The position numbers were made by a program, and so were the translations under genes. A DNA stretch of 64,000 bases from Deltaproteobacteria bacterium. GTDB taxonomy: Bacteria; Desulfobacterota; Desulfobacteria; Desulfobacterales; JAHEIW01. This document shows, one piece after another, positions 29,229 through 37,211 of this stretch. How positions within the stretch are numbered: the first letter of the stretch is position 1; each line of letters starts with the position of its first letter. A model generated the notes under the pieces. That model was not told the DNA's origin, searched no databases, and saw only the letters and a list, made by a program, of their open reading frames with translations. The stretch is from NCBI GenBank assembly GCA_024639185.1, contig JAHEIW010000005.1:12121-76120 (forward strand), read 5' to 3'.

Positions 29229-30710
29229 ATGACATTTGATATCGAAAAAATGGCAGGATGCCGTATCCTGGTAATCGGGGATTTAATGCTCGATGCTTAT
29301 CTGTGGGGCGAGGCCGAACGCATTTCACCGGAAGCCCCGGTCCAGGTGGTATCGGTAACCAGCGAAGAGCATATGCTGGGCGGGGCCGGAAATGTGATCA
29401 ACAATCTTGTTGCGCTGGGGGCTGATGTCTCTGCGGTCGGCGTGATCGGCTCCGGGCCGGATGCCCGGCTGATCCTCAACCAGTTAAAGGCACTTGGTGT
29501 TCAGACCGGGGGTGTTATCCAGGACCCACAACGACCGACAACCCGCAAGACGCGCATCATCGCCGAACATCAACATGTGCTTCGATTTGACAGAGAAGTA
29601 AAAACGGAAATCGATCAGCAACTGCTAAAGCAAATCTCACAATCAGCGGCGGATAGGATAGCCGCAACCGATTTAATTTTGGTCTCCGATTATGGCAAGG
29701 GGCTGATCACCAAAAAATTGATGCAAAGTCTGAATGCTGCTGCACAAAAGCACGGTAAAATGATCATTGTTGACCCCAAAGGTCTTGATTTTGAAAAATA
29801 CGCCGGTGCATCCCTCATGACACCCAATCAAAAGGAAACGGCATTGGCTGCAGGTGTTGATATTGTGGATCATAAGACCCTGTCCAAAGCCGCTCGACGT
29901 CTTATCAAAAAAACAGGGATTGAAAAGATGTTAGTCACCTGTGGCAAAGAGGGAATGGTCTATTTTGAGGGCGATGCACGTCCCTACCGCATCAACACAA
30001 AAGCCCGCCAGGTTTTCGATGTATCCGGTGCAGGCGACACCGTTCTGGCTGTGCTGGGTCTGGGGATAGCGGCGGGTTATGCCATCAAAGAAGCGGTTGC
30101 GCTGTCAAACACTGCCGCCGGAATCGTGGTCGCTAAGGTGGGAACCGCTCCTGTAACGAAATCGGAGCTGGCGGCCAGCCTGAACCTGATTCCGGATCCC
30201 ACCTTGCACAAGCAAAAAACGATGGCTGATCTGTCAGCCGTTGCGCAAAAGCTTCAAAAATCCGGTAAACGCATCGTCCTGACCAATGGATGCTTTGACC
30301 TGCTGCATGTGGGCCACATCATGTTGCTATCCGCTTCAAAACAGCTGGGCGATGTATTGGTCGTGGCCATTGATGATGATGCTTCCGTTAAACAACTCAA
30401 AGGCCCGGAACGGCCCGTTATTCAAGCAGCCGAGCGTTTGCGTATCATCAGCGCTCTGGACAGCGTGGATTACGTGGTGATCTTTTCATCGCACCAGTTG
30501 AAGGCGCTCATTGAAATCCTGCGCCCGGCTGTGCTGACCAAAGGCAGCAATTACGAAACCGACACGGTTGCCGGGCGCGAAATCGTCGAGCGTTTCGGGG
30601 GTCGGATTGAAATTATTCCGGTAACCGAAAACATTTCAGCCAGCCGCATCATCAATGACATCAAAAATACGGGGGATAAAAACCCCCAAGAAGGCAAATC
30701 ACCGCAGTAA
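29229..30710 (+). CDS. hldE: bifunctional D-beta-D-heptose 7-phosphate kinase / D-beta-D-heptose 1-phosphate adenylyltransferase
   Basis: 493 aa. N-terminal PfkB kinase part (GGAGNV, DVSGAGDT) plus a C-terminal cytidylyltransferase part (TNGCFDLLHVGH). Confidence 0.9.
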   Translation: MTFDIEKMAGCRILVIGDLMLDAYLWGEAERISPEAPVQVVSVTSEEHMLGGAGNVINNLVALGADVSAVGVIGSGPDARLILNQLKALGVQTGGVIQDPQRPTTRKTRIIAEHQHVLRFDREVKTEIDQQLLKQISQSAADRIAATDLILVSDYGKGLITKKLMQSLNAAAQKHGKMIIVDPKGLDFEKYAGASLMTPNQKETALAAGVDIVDHKTLSKAARRLIKKTGIEKMLVTCGKEGMVYFEGDARPYRINTKARQVFDVSGAGDTVLAVLGLGIAAGYAIKEAVALSNTAAGIVVAKVGTAPVTKSELAASLNLIPDPTLHKQKTMADLSAVAQKLQKSGKRIVLTNGCFDLLHVGHIMLLSASKQLGDVLVVAIDDDASVKQLKGPERPVIQAAERLRIISALDSVDYVVIFSSHQLKALIEILRPAVLTKGSNYETDTVAGREIVERFGGRIEIIPVTENISASRIINDIKNTGDKNPQEGKSPQ

Positions 30711-30738
30711 TCATTTTCAATCTCATCCAATCGGGGAA

Positions 30739-30879
30739 CTCTGGAATAATGGAATAAGGGGGTTGATCAACTGCAGAACCGGAGAACGGGATTAATGCAA
30801 TGCCAATCTATATGAGGGTGCAATTGCAGTTGAACCCGATATTTTATCATACCAGAATTCCATTATTCCTTGATTGAGG
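30739..30879. repeat. nested periodic-arm palindrome (words GGAATAAT, GTTGAnCAACTGCAG)
   Basis: CTCTGGAATAATGGAATAAGGGGG..GTTGATCAACTGCAGAACC faces GGTGCAATTGCAGTTGAACCC..ACCAGAATTCCATTATTCCTTG. Lies between hldE and the DUF167 gene. Confidence 0.7.
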
Positions 30880-30928
30880 CAAAACAAATACGATAAAGAG
30901 AATCCGATAAATTCTCTGAATACTGTAA

Positions 30929-31276
30929 ATGACAGGAAGAACTGGGCAGATGTTGTCCATCCGTGAAAATCCTCAGGGCATCCTTTTCAAGGTCTATGTG
31001 CAACCCCGATCGTCAAAAAATATGATTGTTGGCTTGCACGCAGACAGCATTAAGATCAAGGTGACGGCGGCGCCGGTTGACGGAGCCGCCAATAAAAGTT
31101 GCCTTAAATTTCTGGCCAAATGCCTGTCGGTTGCGCCTTCCGCACTGGAAATCGTATCCGGACACCATGGCCGTATGAAAACGCTCCTTTTAAAATTCCA
31201 AAAGACACCACCGTCCGCAGCGGACTATGCGCATCTAAAAAAACGCATCGATCGGCTGATAAATTCGACCGGGTAG
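30929..31276 (+). CDS. DUF167 / YggU-family protein
   Basis: 115 aa. V.PRSS.N...G......IKV...APVDG.AN..C..FLAK.L motif of UPF0235. The start may instead be the internal Met at codon 8. Confidence 0.7.
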   Translation: MTGRTGQMLSIRENPQGILFKVYVQPRSSKNMIVGLHADSIKIKVTAAPVDGAANKSCLKFLAKCLSVAPSALEIVSGHHGRMKTLLLKFQKTPPSAADYAHLKKRIDRLINSTG

Positions 31277-31370
31277 CAAAAACATTGCGCGGCCCACCCA
31301 CCGGCGCAAAGAAAGCCCTTGACTAATTCCGCAGAAATGACTATTTTTCTCAACCTTAAAACAAAATTAT

Positions 31371-31447
<77 letters not shown>

Positions 31448-31458
31448 ATATTATACTG

Positions 31459-31485
31459 AAGGCTTAGATTATTTATCTAAGCCTT
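31459..31485 (+). terminator. hairpin downstream of the tRNA (possible terminator)
   Basis: AAGGCTTAGAT-TATTT-ATCTAAGCCTT forms a perfect 11-bp stem. The following T-tract is weak (TTTACTTT). Confidence 0.45.
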
Positions 31486-32342
31486 TACTTTAGATAAAAA
31501 TTTTGTAATTCCCCCTTCTATTCCCCCCAAAATAAAGACATTTTTAATACTGATTGGTTTTTCTTATTTCTTCTCATAAGATCTAACTCACAATGATCTG
31601 AGGGTTCAAAAGCAAGTCTTAAGCATCTACTTGGGCAGACAGGACTTGTAGTATAGCCTAATATTCTGAATTTATTAAAAGCATCAACAAATCCCCCAGA
31701 TAGTATCACAAAAATACGTTAGTTTTATAAGTCGCTTATTCAAGTTAGAGCGTTTGGACCAAGCTATCTTAGACGTTATTAATAACCCCAAAAAGACTCA
31801 AAAAACTACCTGTATCGGAACGTTATTATGACAAACGCTCTAAAACTTGAACAGCTCAGATTTGAACGGCAAAGACTTGAGAAAATCTTCAGAGCCAATC
31901 TCGAAAGGCTTTCGAAGGCAATCAAAGAGAATAGTTATCCGTCAGATATGATTATGGATTTTATTTTAACCATGCCAAAAGATGTTTCTTCAAAATTCAA
32001 TCAAAAAAATAGCTGATGCATCTCTCAATGTACTGCAAGTTCATGTTTTTATATCTGAGGCAAGAGCACGTATTAAATTCCGAGTAATCTCAAACTAAAA
32101 ACCTATCTGAAGTTTCTTCCCCCCTCCCAAATTTGAATCCTGAATAATTTAAAATTTTATTTAATTTATTACCTAAATTTATGAACTTAGGTCCATGTTT
32201 ATTTGTTGTTATATAGGTATTATGAAGTTAACAAATTGAAATTACGATAATTTTTTATTTAGTTTTATTGGAATGTCTTTTGCAATCAGCAAATTCTTGG
32301 ACACTTTATTAGTGATCAAAAAACAGAAAAGGAGACCAGGAA

Positions 32343-32510
32343 ATGCCAGAGGTCTTTCGGAGATTCGCAGAGAGACCTACTGGTAAAGACACACGCAGAA
32401 TTCTTAATATGCTCCGTTTCTTTTATAATGGGCCTGAAAGAAGAAAAGCATTGCATGACCGAAGGTCGCAAGAAGAAGGACGGGATGGTTGGATTAGAAT
32501 CAGCAAATGA
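32343..32510 (+). CDS. small Arg-rich hypothetical protein (55 aa, below the ORF-track cutoff)
   Basis: ATG is preceded by AAGGAG with an 8-nt spacer. Translation: MPEVFRRFAERPTGKDTRRILNMLRFFYNGPERRKALHDRRSQEEGRDGWIRISK. Shares a GPERR..DRR..EEG block with the ORF at 34709. Confidence 0.45.
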   Translation: MPEVFRRFAERPTGKDTRRILNMLRFFYNGPERRKALHDRRSQEEGRDGWIRISK

Positions 32511-32840
32511 TCGAGTGGGAATCTGCACAATTAAAAAATTTCTAAATATCTAAAATAGAGAACAAGCAGAACCGCCATCATTTTTTTGTCTTATGTAAGT
32601 GCAAAATTACCCCTAAGGAATTAAATAAAATATCCACATTTCAGGCAATCAAACCCGCCAGGATTTTACCTTAACATCCTAAATTATTAAGCTGTGCAAG
32701 AATTAGACTGCAACGACGCTTATATGAGTGCTTTAAGCATAAGTTACAATTGAGCTTTTTTTGATTTAAATCAGAGAATTTAAGCGACCTGTTGTAGGAA
32801 TATTATAGGTTAATATTTAAGCCCAACATAGGTAATTCTA

Positions 32841-33119
32841 GTGGGAAAAAATTTCAAATTTCTATCGGATAGTACAAGAGGCAGAATCAGTCTAAAACTC
32901 TATGGCGACTTTGATGGGAGTTCGGCTTGTGAATTGATAAATGTTTTAAAAAATCACAGAAATGGTTCTAATCAAATTTTTATCGATACTGATAATCTTA
33001 ATACTATCCATCCCTTTGGCATGGATGTCTTTAAAAAGAATCTCAGTGTGCTGGATTTCAGCACTGACAACATCTTCATTACTGGTAAACATAGATTGAG
33101 CCTACAAAATAAAGGATAA
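32841..33119 (+). CDS. small STAS-like (anti-sigma-factor-antagonist-like) protein
   Basis: 92 aa with a GTG start. The pattern L.L.GDFDGSSA.EL...L....G...IFIDT..L..IHPFG..VF resembles STAS domains. Stops 6 nt before the REC-GGDEF gene. Confidence 0.45.
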   Translation: MGKNFKFLSDSTRGRISLKLYGDFDGSSACELINVLKNHRNGSNQIFIDTDNLNTIHPFGMDVFKKNLSVLDFSTDNIFITGKHRLSLQNKG

Positions 33120-33125
33120 TCTAGA

Positions 33126-34055
33126 ATGGCGCTGAAAGTATTAGTGGTTGAGGATGATGTTGATTTTTCAAAAACTTTAACGGAGTTTCTCAATGAATCT
33201 GGTTTTAAAACTATGAGTGCTAGTAGTGCTGAAGAAGCCGAAGAAATTTTAAAAAAGAAAGAAATTAACCTCGTATTAACTGATATTAAATTGCCGGGTA
33301 TGGATGGCATAAAATTAGCCAAAAATATCAAAAAAAAATATAATCTTGGTGTAATTGTCATGACTGCTTACAGTTCTGAATATTCTTTTGAAGATGTGAT
33401 TAAAAATGGTGCTAATGATTTGATTATCAAACCATTTAAATTTAATGAATTACTTATAAGAATTAAAATAGTTATAAAAGAATCATCCCTATTAGATGAT
33501 CATGAAAAAATGATAAATGCATTGAAGCGATTAACAATAGAAGACTCATTGACCGGCTTATATAATTCAAGACATTTTTACGACCAGCTTGATAGAGAGA
33601 TCAAAAGATCAGTTCGCTATTTACATCCAATATCTTTAATTTTTGTTGATGTTGATAATCTTAAGGAAATTAATGACAATTATGGGCACATGATTGGGGA
33701 CAAAATCTTAAAACTAATAGCAAAAAGGATAAAAGCTTGCCTCAGATCAAATGATTCTGCTTATCGATTTGCAGGAGATGAATTTACTTTAATATTGCCA
33801 GAAACAACAGCAATTGAGGCTAAATTCGTAGCTGACAGAATATTATCTAAATTCGCAAATGAATCCTTTGTGGTCAATAAAATTGAAATATCTAAAATTA
33901 CTCTAAGCATTGGTATAGCTGAATATCAGAAGAATGAAGGAAATCAGCAATTTGTGCATCGTGCTGATTTAACGATGTATGAAGCTAAACAGCAGGGGGG
34001 GAACCGTGTGATCGTCTCACCAGCTGTTAATGGGAGATCCACCAGCGATCAATGA
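33126..34055 (+). CDS. response regulator with a GGDEF output domain (REC-GGDEF; active-site variant AGDEF)
   Basis: 309 aa. REC motifs (VLVVEDD, LVLTDIKLPGMDG, KPF). GGDEF domain (DSLTGLYN, DVDNLKEINDNYGH, RFAGDEF) with RSND (RxxD I-site) 5 residues upstream. Confidence 0.9.
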   Translation: MALKVLVVEDDVDFSKTLTEFLNESGFKTMSASSAEEAEEILKKKEINLVLTDIKLPGMDGIKLAKNIKKKYNLGVIVMTAYSSEYSFEDVIKNGANDLIIKPFKFNELLIRIKIVIKESSLLDDHEKMINALKRLTIEDSLTGLYNSRHFYDQLDREIKRSVRYLHPISLIFVDVDNLKEINDNYGHMIGDKILKLIAKRIKACLRSNDSAYRFAGDEFTLILPETTAIEAKFVADRILSKFANESFVVNKIEISKITLSIGIAEYQKNEGNQQFVHRADLTMYEAKQQGGNRVIVSPAVNGRSTSDQ

Positions 34056-34464
34056 GTTGTCAATTAACCTTATATAACACAACGCTCTTAGATACTGAAA
34101 CTTTTGTTACTCCAACTTGCATGTAATTTTGAATTTCCGAAAAAGCTGCGATATACATTTTATATTGCAACCAAAATGGTGAGTATATGCAGAGTCTAAA
34201 TGACCCTGCCTCTCTGATTGTCAAAGAACCATACTCTTTAAAACAAATCGTCCAATATGCGGCATTTGGCGGGGCCGGAAAGAGGCGTACCATCCAAAAC
34301 GGCCCCGCCTTTGGCATTACAGGGGAAAATCGAAGAAAAAACCCCAGCACAGCAGCGCAACAACCGGTCATTTGACCGGCCAACATCGGGAGGTTTACGC
34401 CGCTTTGCGGGAGCGCTTGCCAATAATGACCGGCACCCCTTTTTGCATTTGCCTATTAATCATG

Positions 34465-34502
34465 CAAAAAAAGGTTTAGACCATGGTCTAAACCTTTTTT
34501 TA
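34465..34502. terminator. bidirectional rho-independent terminator
   Basis: A7-AGGTTTAGAC-CATG-GTCTAAACCT-T7. Perfect 10-bp stem flanked by an A-run and a T-run. Confidence 0.7.
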
Positions 34503-34578
34503 TGGGCTTTATTGAACCCTTCAGCGCCCAAAATATAGCTCCCGGTTTGGCCGAAATTGCCCTGGCCGTTTTATTTCT

Positions 34579-34607
34579 TTGACCCGCCCGGACAATTGTA
34601 CTATATA
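34579..34607 (+). promoter_or_regulatory. sigma70-like promoter candidate
   Basis: TTGACC (34579-34584), 17-nt spacer, TATATA (34602-34607). About 100 nt upstream of the ORF at 34709. Confidence 0.45.
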
Positions 34608-34708
34608 GCATTCATCTTTTGAGAGCTGCATCTTGCCTTTAAATTTGATATAGTGATTGTGTATAAGTCTAATTTATTAAACTTCAATCATCATAAGGAA
34701 TGTGTCTT

Positions 34709-35041
34709 ATGGCCGATTCTAAAAAACCAAGTCCGGAAGATGATCAAAACAGGCGATCTGGATTAGACCGGAGATGGATTATTGCGCCCCATGATGGCCC
34801 TGAAAGGCGAAGTGGCAGAGACCGCAGGAAAGAATTGGAAGAGGGCAGTCTCGTTGCGACAGAAGACAGCGATACAAGTGAAATTTCGACCATACAGGAC
34901 CTGTTGATGGCCAATTCCATGCAATTAGACGCCATAGCTCAGCTCTTAATTGAAAAGGAAATATTTTCCAAAGATGAGCTCTTCAATATGCTCAAACGCA
35001 TTCAGCGGGAATACCAAAAAACGGGTAATATTGAAGATTAA
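34709..35041 (+). CDS. hypothetical protein with duplicated RRSG.DRR motifs and a helical C-terminal domain
   Basis: The ATG at 34709 is preferred because AAGGA lies 9 nt upstream; the track start at 34700 abuts the RBS. Contains NRRSGLDRRW and GPERRSGRDRRKELEEG. Confidence 0.6.
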   Translation: MADSKKPSPEDDQNRRSGLDRRWIIAPHDGPERRSGRDRRKELEEGSLVATEDSDTSEISTIQDLLMANSMQLDAIAQLLIEKEIFSKDELFNMLKRIQREYQKTGNIED

Positions 35042-35047
35042 ATCAAC

Positions 35048-35866
35048 ATGATTCGCAAAATTATATCAGGCGGCCAGACCGGAGCGGACCGGGCGGCTTT
35101 AGATGCCGCCATTAAACTGAGCATTCCGCATGGCGGCTGGATCCCTAAGGGCCGTCTAACCGAAGCGGGCCCACTGCCGGATAAATATGACCTGACGGAA
35201 ATGCCCAGCAGCAGTTACCCCTTAAGAACCGAGCAGAATGTCATCGATTCAGGCGGCACCTTAATTATCAGTCACGGTCGCTTGAGCGAAGGCTCTGACT
35301 ATACCCGCAAAATGGCTATTAAACACCAGCGCCCCTGGTTGCATATCGATTTAAATCAAGCACCCGCCTTTAAAGCCGCGACTTTGATTCGCTCCTGGTT
35401 AAACGAAAATCAGATAGAAATTTTAAACGTTGCCGGACCACGGGCCAGCAAAGATGCAAACATATACAGTGCCGTTCTCAAACTGATCGAAAGCGTCTAT
35501 TATTTGGAAATGATGAATGCGGACCAGCCACGGGTAACGGGCTATAAAGGACGCCATCGCAGTGCATTGGACCGACCGCCCAAAACCGTCCGGGAAGCGA
35601 TTCAGAAACTGATCGACGAGTTGTCTCTGAAAGAAAAAACCACGATCGCCAACATGACCGCAGATGAACTAATGAATCTCAATGCCTTTTTGGGACGCTA
35701 CATTTTGGATAAATTTGGCCTGTGGTCCGGCAACGAAGAACTGGTTGAATCCTGTTTGGAATTTGCCGACTATCCTTTGCACAACGAGGATGACGCCGCT
35801 GCCGTAATCATTAAAGAATTGTGGCATCAATTAAGGCAGACCCATCGGCTGCGAATTGTCAAATAA
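35048..35866 (+). CDS. YpsA/SLOG-like protein (family annotated as putative molybdenum carrier) with an extra C-terminal domain
   Basis: 272 aa. The N-terminus IISGGQTGADRAALDAAI...HGGW.PKGR is characteristic of that family. The C-terminal ~110 aa is unassigned. Confidence 0.5.
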   Translation: MIRKIISGGQTGADRAALDAAIKLSIPHGGWIPKGRLTEAGPLPDKYDLTEMPSSSYPLRTEQNVIDSGGTLIISHGRLSEGSDYTRKMAIKHQRPWLHIDLNQAPAFKAATLIRSWLNENQIEILNVAGPRASKDANIYSAVLKLIESVYYLEMMNADQPRVTGYKGRHRSALDRPPKTVREAIQKLIDELSLKEKTTIANMTADELMNLNAFLGRYILDKFGLWSGNEELVESCLEFADYPLHNEDDAAAVIIKELWHQLRQTHRLRIVK

Positions 35867-35935
35867 TGCGCTTGAGCCGGTCAACCCTTTTGCCCGTAAA
35901 AACCGGATCCGAATAATTTTGCACGAGGAGATATC

Positions 35936-36520
35936 GTGAACGTATTTCGAAAACTAAAGCCCGCAAAAGACCGGGCTTTTTTAACCCTAGCGGCGTTATC
36001 CATGTTGATCCCCTTACTCCTGTCCCCCGCGGCAGTGGCCGAGGAGCCGTCAGCAGGCAAGCCGACATCCGTCAACGACGATCAGATAAAAATTGAGGCG
36101 GAAAAATTAATTACCAACCAGGCGGAAAAATTCGCGGAGTTTAGCGGAAATGTACGCGCCAGCCAGGGGGCCTTTGTTATCAACGCTGACCGTCTTCGAA
36201 TTTACTATCAGGCTGCCTCAGGCAGTGCCACTGAAGGCGCCACGGGTCAGGAAAGCATACAGCAGATCATTGCCACCGGCAATGTAAAACTAGCAACTGA
36301 AATATATACAGCCGAAACTGACCGTGCTGAATACGACCTGGAAACCCAGGTTCTTGTTCTTATCGGCGAAAGATCGACCGTCAAAAGTAATCGGAACTTA
36401 CTCACCGGATCTAAAATTATCGTTGATCGCAAAACCGGACAAATAAGCGTCGAAAGCGATCCGCAAGAGCGGGTCAAAGCCGTTTTTTATCCAAATGAAA
36501 GCGGCACAGACAAGGAGTGA
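35936..36520 (+). CDS. lptA: LptA/OstA-family periplasmic LPS transport protein
   Basis: 194 aa. GTG start after AGGAGA, a signal peptide, and repeated OstA-N beta-jellyroll pattern (I.I.A..L......A.F.GNV....G.....AD.L.IYY; ATGNV). Confidence 0.7.
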   Translation: MNVFRKLKPAKDRAFLTLAALSMLIPLLLSPAAVAEEPSAGKPTSVNDDQIKIEAEKLITNQAEKFAEFSGNVRASQGAFVINADRLRIYYQAASGSATEGATGQESIQQIIATGNVKLATEIYTAETDRAEYDLETQVLVLIGERSTVKSNRNLLTGSKIIVDRKTGQISVESDPQERVKAVFYPNESGTDKE

Positions 36521-36602
36521 GCGTCGGATGGGGCCTTTTTGCGGGGCGACCCCCTTCGCAGCGGCGGCAATAATGCCAGATGCAGTGGTAGCGATAAGGG
36601 CG

Positions 36603-36917
36603 TTAACGATTCAAATCGCGGAGTTTAAGCAGATTTTTATACTTGAACATCAGATCAAACCATTGATGAAACAAAGCATCTAAGTCTTCAAGTGATTTCT
36701 GTCGCTTTTGCTTTGCCTTTTTTTCCACTTCTGCCAGGGCCTCGAGATAATCGTTGCGTTCGGGTTGCTGGGCCAGCAAATGACGATAAATATTGGCAGC
36801 CTTTTCCCAGTGTTCCTGTTCAGAATAGACTTTAGCCATTGTGGCCGTATAAAAGTCGGTTTCTTTATCCATTTTGCAGATGATCAATAAGCAGCGGCGT
36901 AAACGATATTCTTTCAA
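36603..36917 (-). CDS. small TPR-like hypothetical protein
   Basis: 104-aa ORF directly after ftsB. MAKVYSEQEHWEKAANIYRHLLAQQPERNDYLEAL resembles a TPR unit. The start is uncertain; ATG 36872 is possible. Confidence 0.35.
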   Translation of the reverse strand: MKEYRLRRCLLIICKMDKETDFYTATMAKVYSEQEHWEKAANIYRHLLAQQPERNDYLEALAEVEKKAKQKRQKSLEDLDALFHQWFDLMFKYKNLLKLRDLNR

Positions 36918-37211
36918 CTATGGCTTTGGTATACGCCTGGGTTTTAAAATCAGTTCATTTTCACCAACCATCCCCAGTTCCCGGCGCGCCACACTTTCGA
37001 TATAATGCGGGTCATGCTTTAGCCGATCGATTTCAACACTCAAGGTAAGATTGGTTTGGTTAAGCTGTTCATTTTCCTCACTGAGGCGGTTTTGTTCGGT
37101 CTTTAACGAATTTAGATCGATGAAGCCATGCTCGCCGAAGATGATAAAAAACAGCAACGAAAACATCAGCGCAACCGCGATCGATAAAAAGATGCTTTGT
37201 TTTTTGGTCAT
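36918..37211 (-). CDS. ftsB: septum formation initiator (FtsB/DivIC family)
   Basis: 97 aa. A single TM segment, a coiled coil, and ..D..YIE..AR.ELGMV...E. Confidence 0.8.
   Translation of the reverse strand: MTKKQSIFLSIAVALMFSLLFFIIFGEHGFIDLNSLKTEQNRLSEENEQLNQTNLTLSVEIDRLKHDPHYIESVARRELGMVGENELILKPRRIPKP

Larger units (their letters stand above)
31450..34060. other. AT-rich islet (probable horizontally acquired segment) abutting tRNA-fMet
   Basis: Sampled 60-nt lines inside contain 13-15 G+C; a sampled line in the flanking hldE gene contains 35. The boundary is sharp at the tRNA 3' end, and composition returns to normal after the REC-GGDEF stop. No integrase or att direct repeat was found. 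Confidence 0.6.

Noticed and set aside
31518-32016. ORFs 31518..31709 (-, 63 aa) and 31828..32016 (+, 62 aa) in the islet.
   Set aside because: They have no Shine-Dalgarno sequence and no recognisable motifs. In AT-rich DNA, short ORFs of this size are not convincing on their own.
32316-32528. 70-aa minus-strand ORF from the track.
   Set aside because: The overlapping plus-strand 55-aa ORF has a textbook AAGGAG RBS and a motif shared with another gene. The minus-strand ORF has neither.
31450-34060. Calling the AT-rich islet an integrative mobile element or prophage remnant.
   Set aside because: No integrase, recombinase or transposase was found, and I saw no duplicated tRNA 3' end. It is reported only as a compositional islet.
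34060-34538. ORFs 34060..34386 (-), 34187..34375 (+), 34238..34423 (-) and 34257..34538 (+).
   Set aside because: They overlap one another on both strands. One runs straight through a perfect terminator hairpin. None has a good RBS or a recognisable family. The region is reported as structured non-coding DNA instead.
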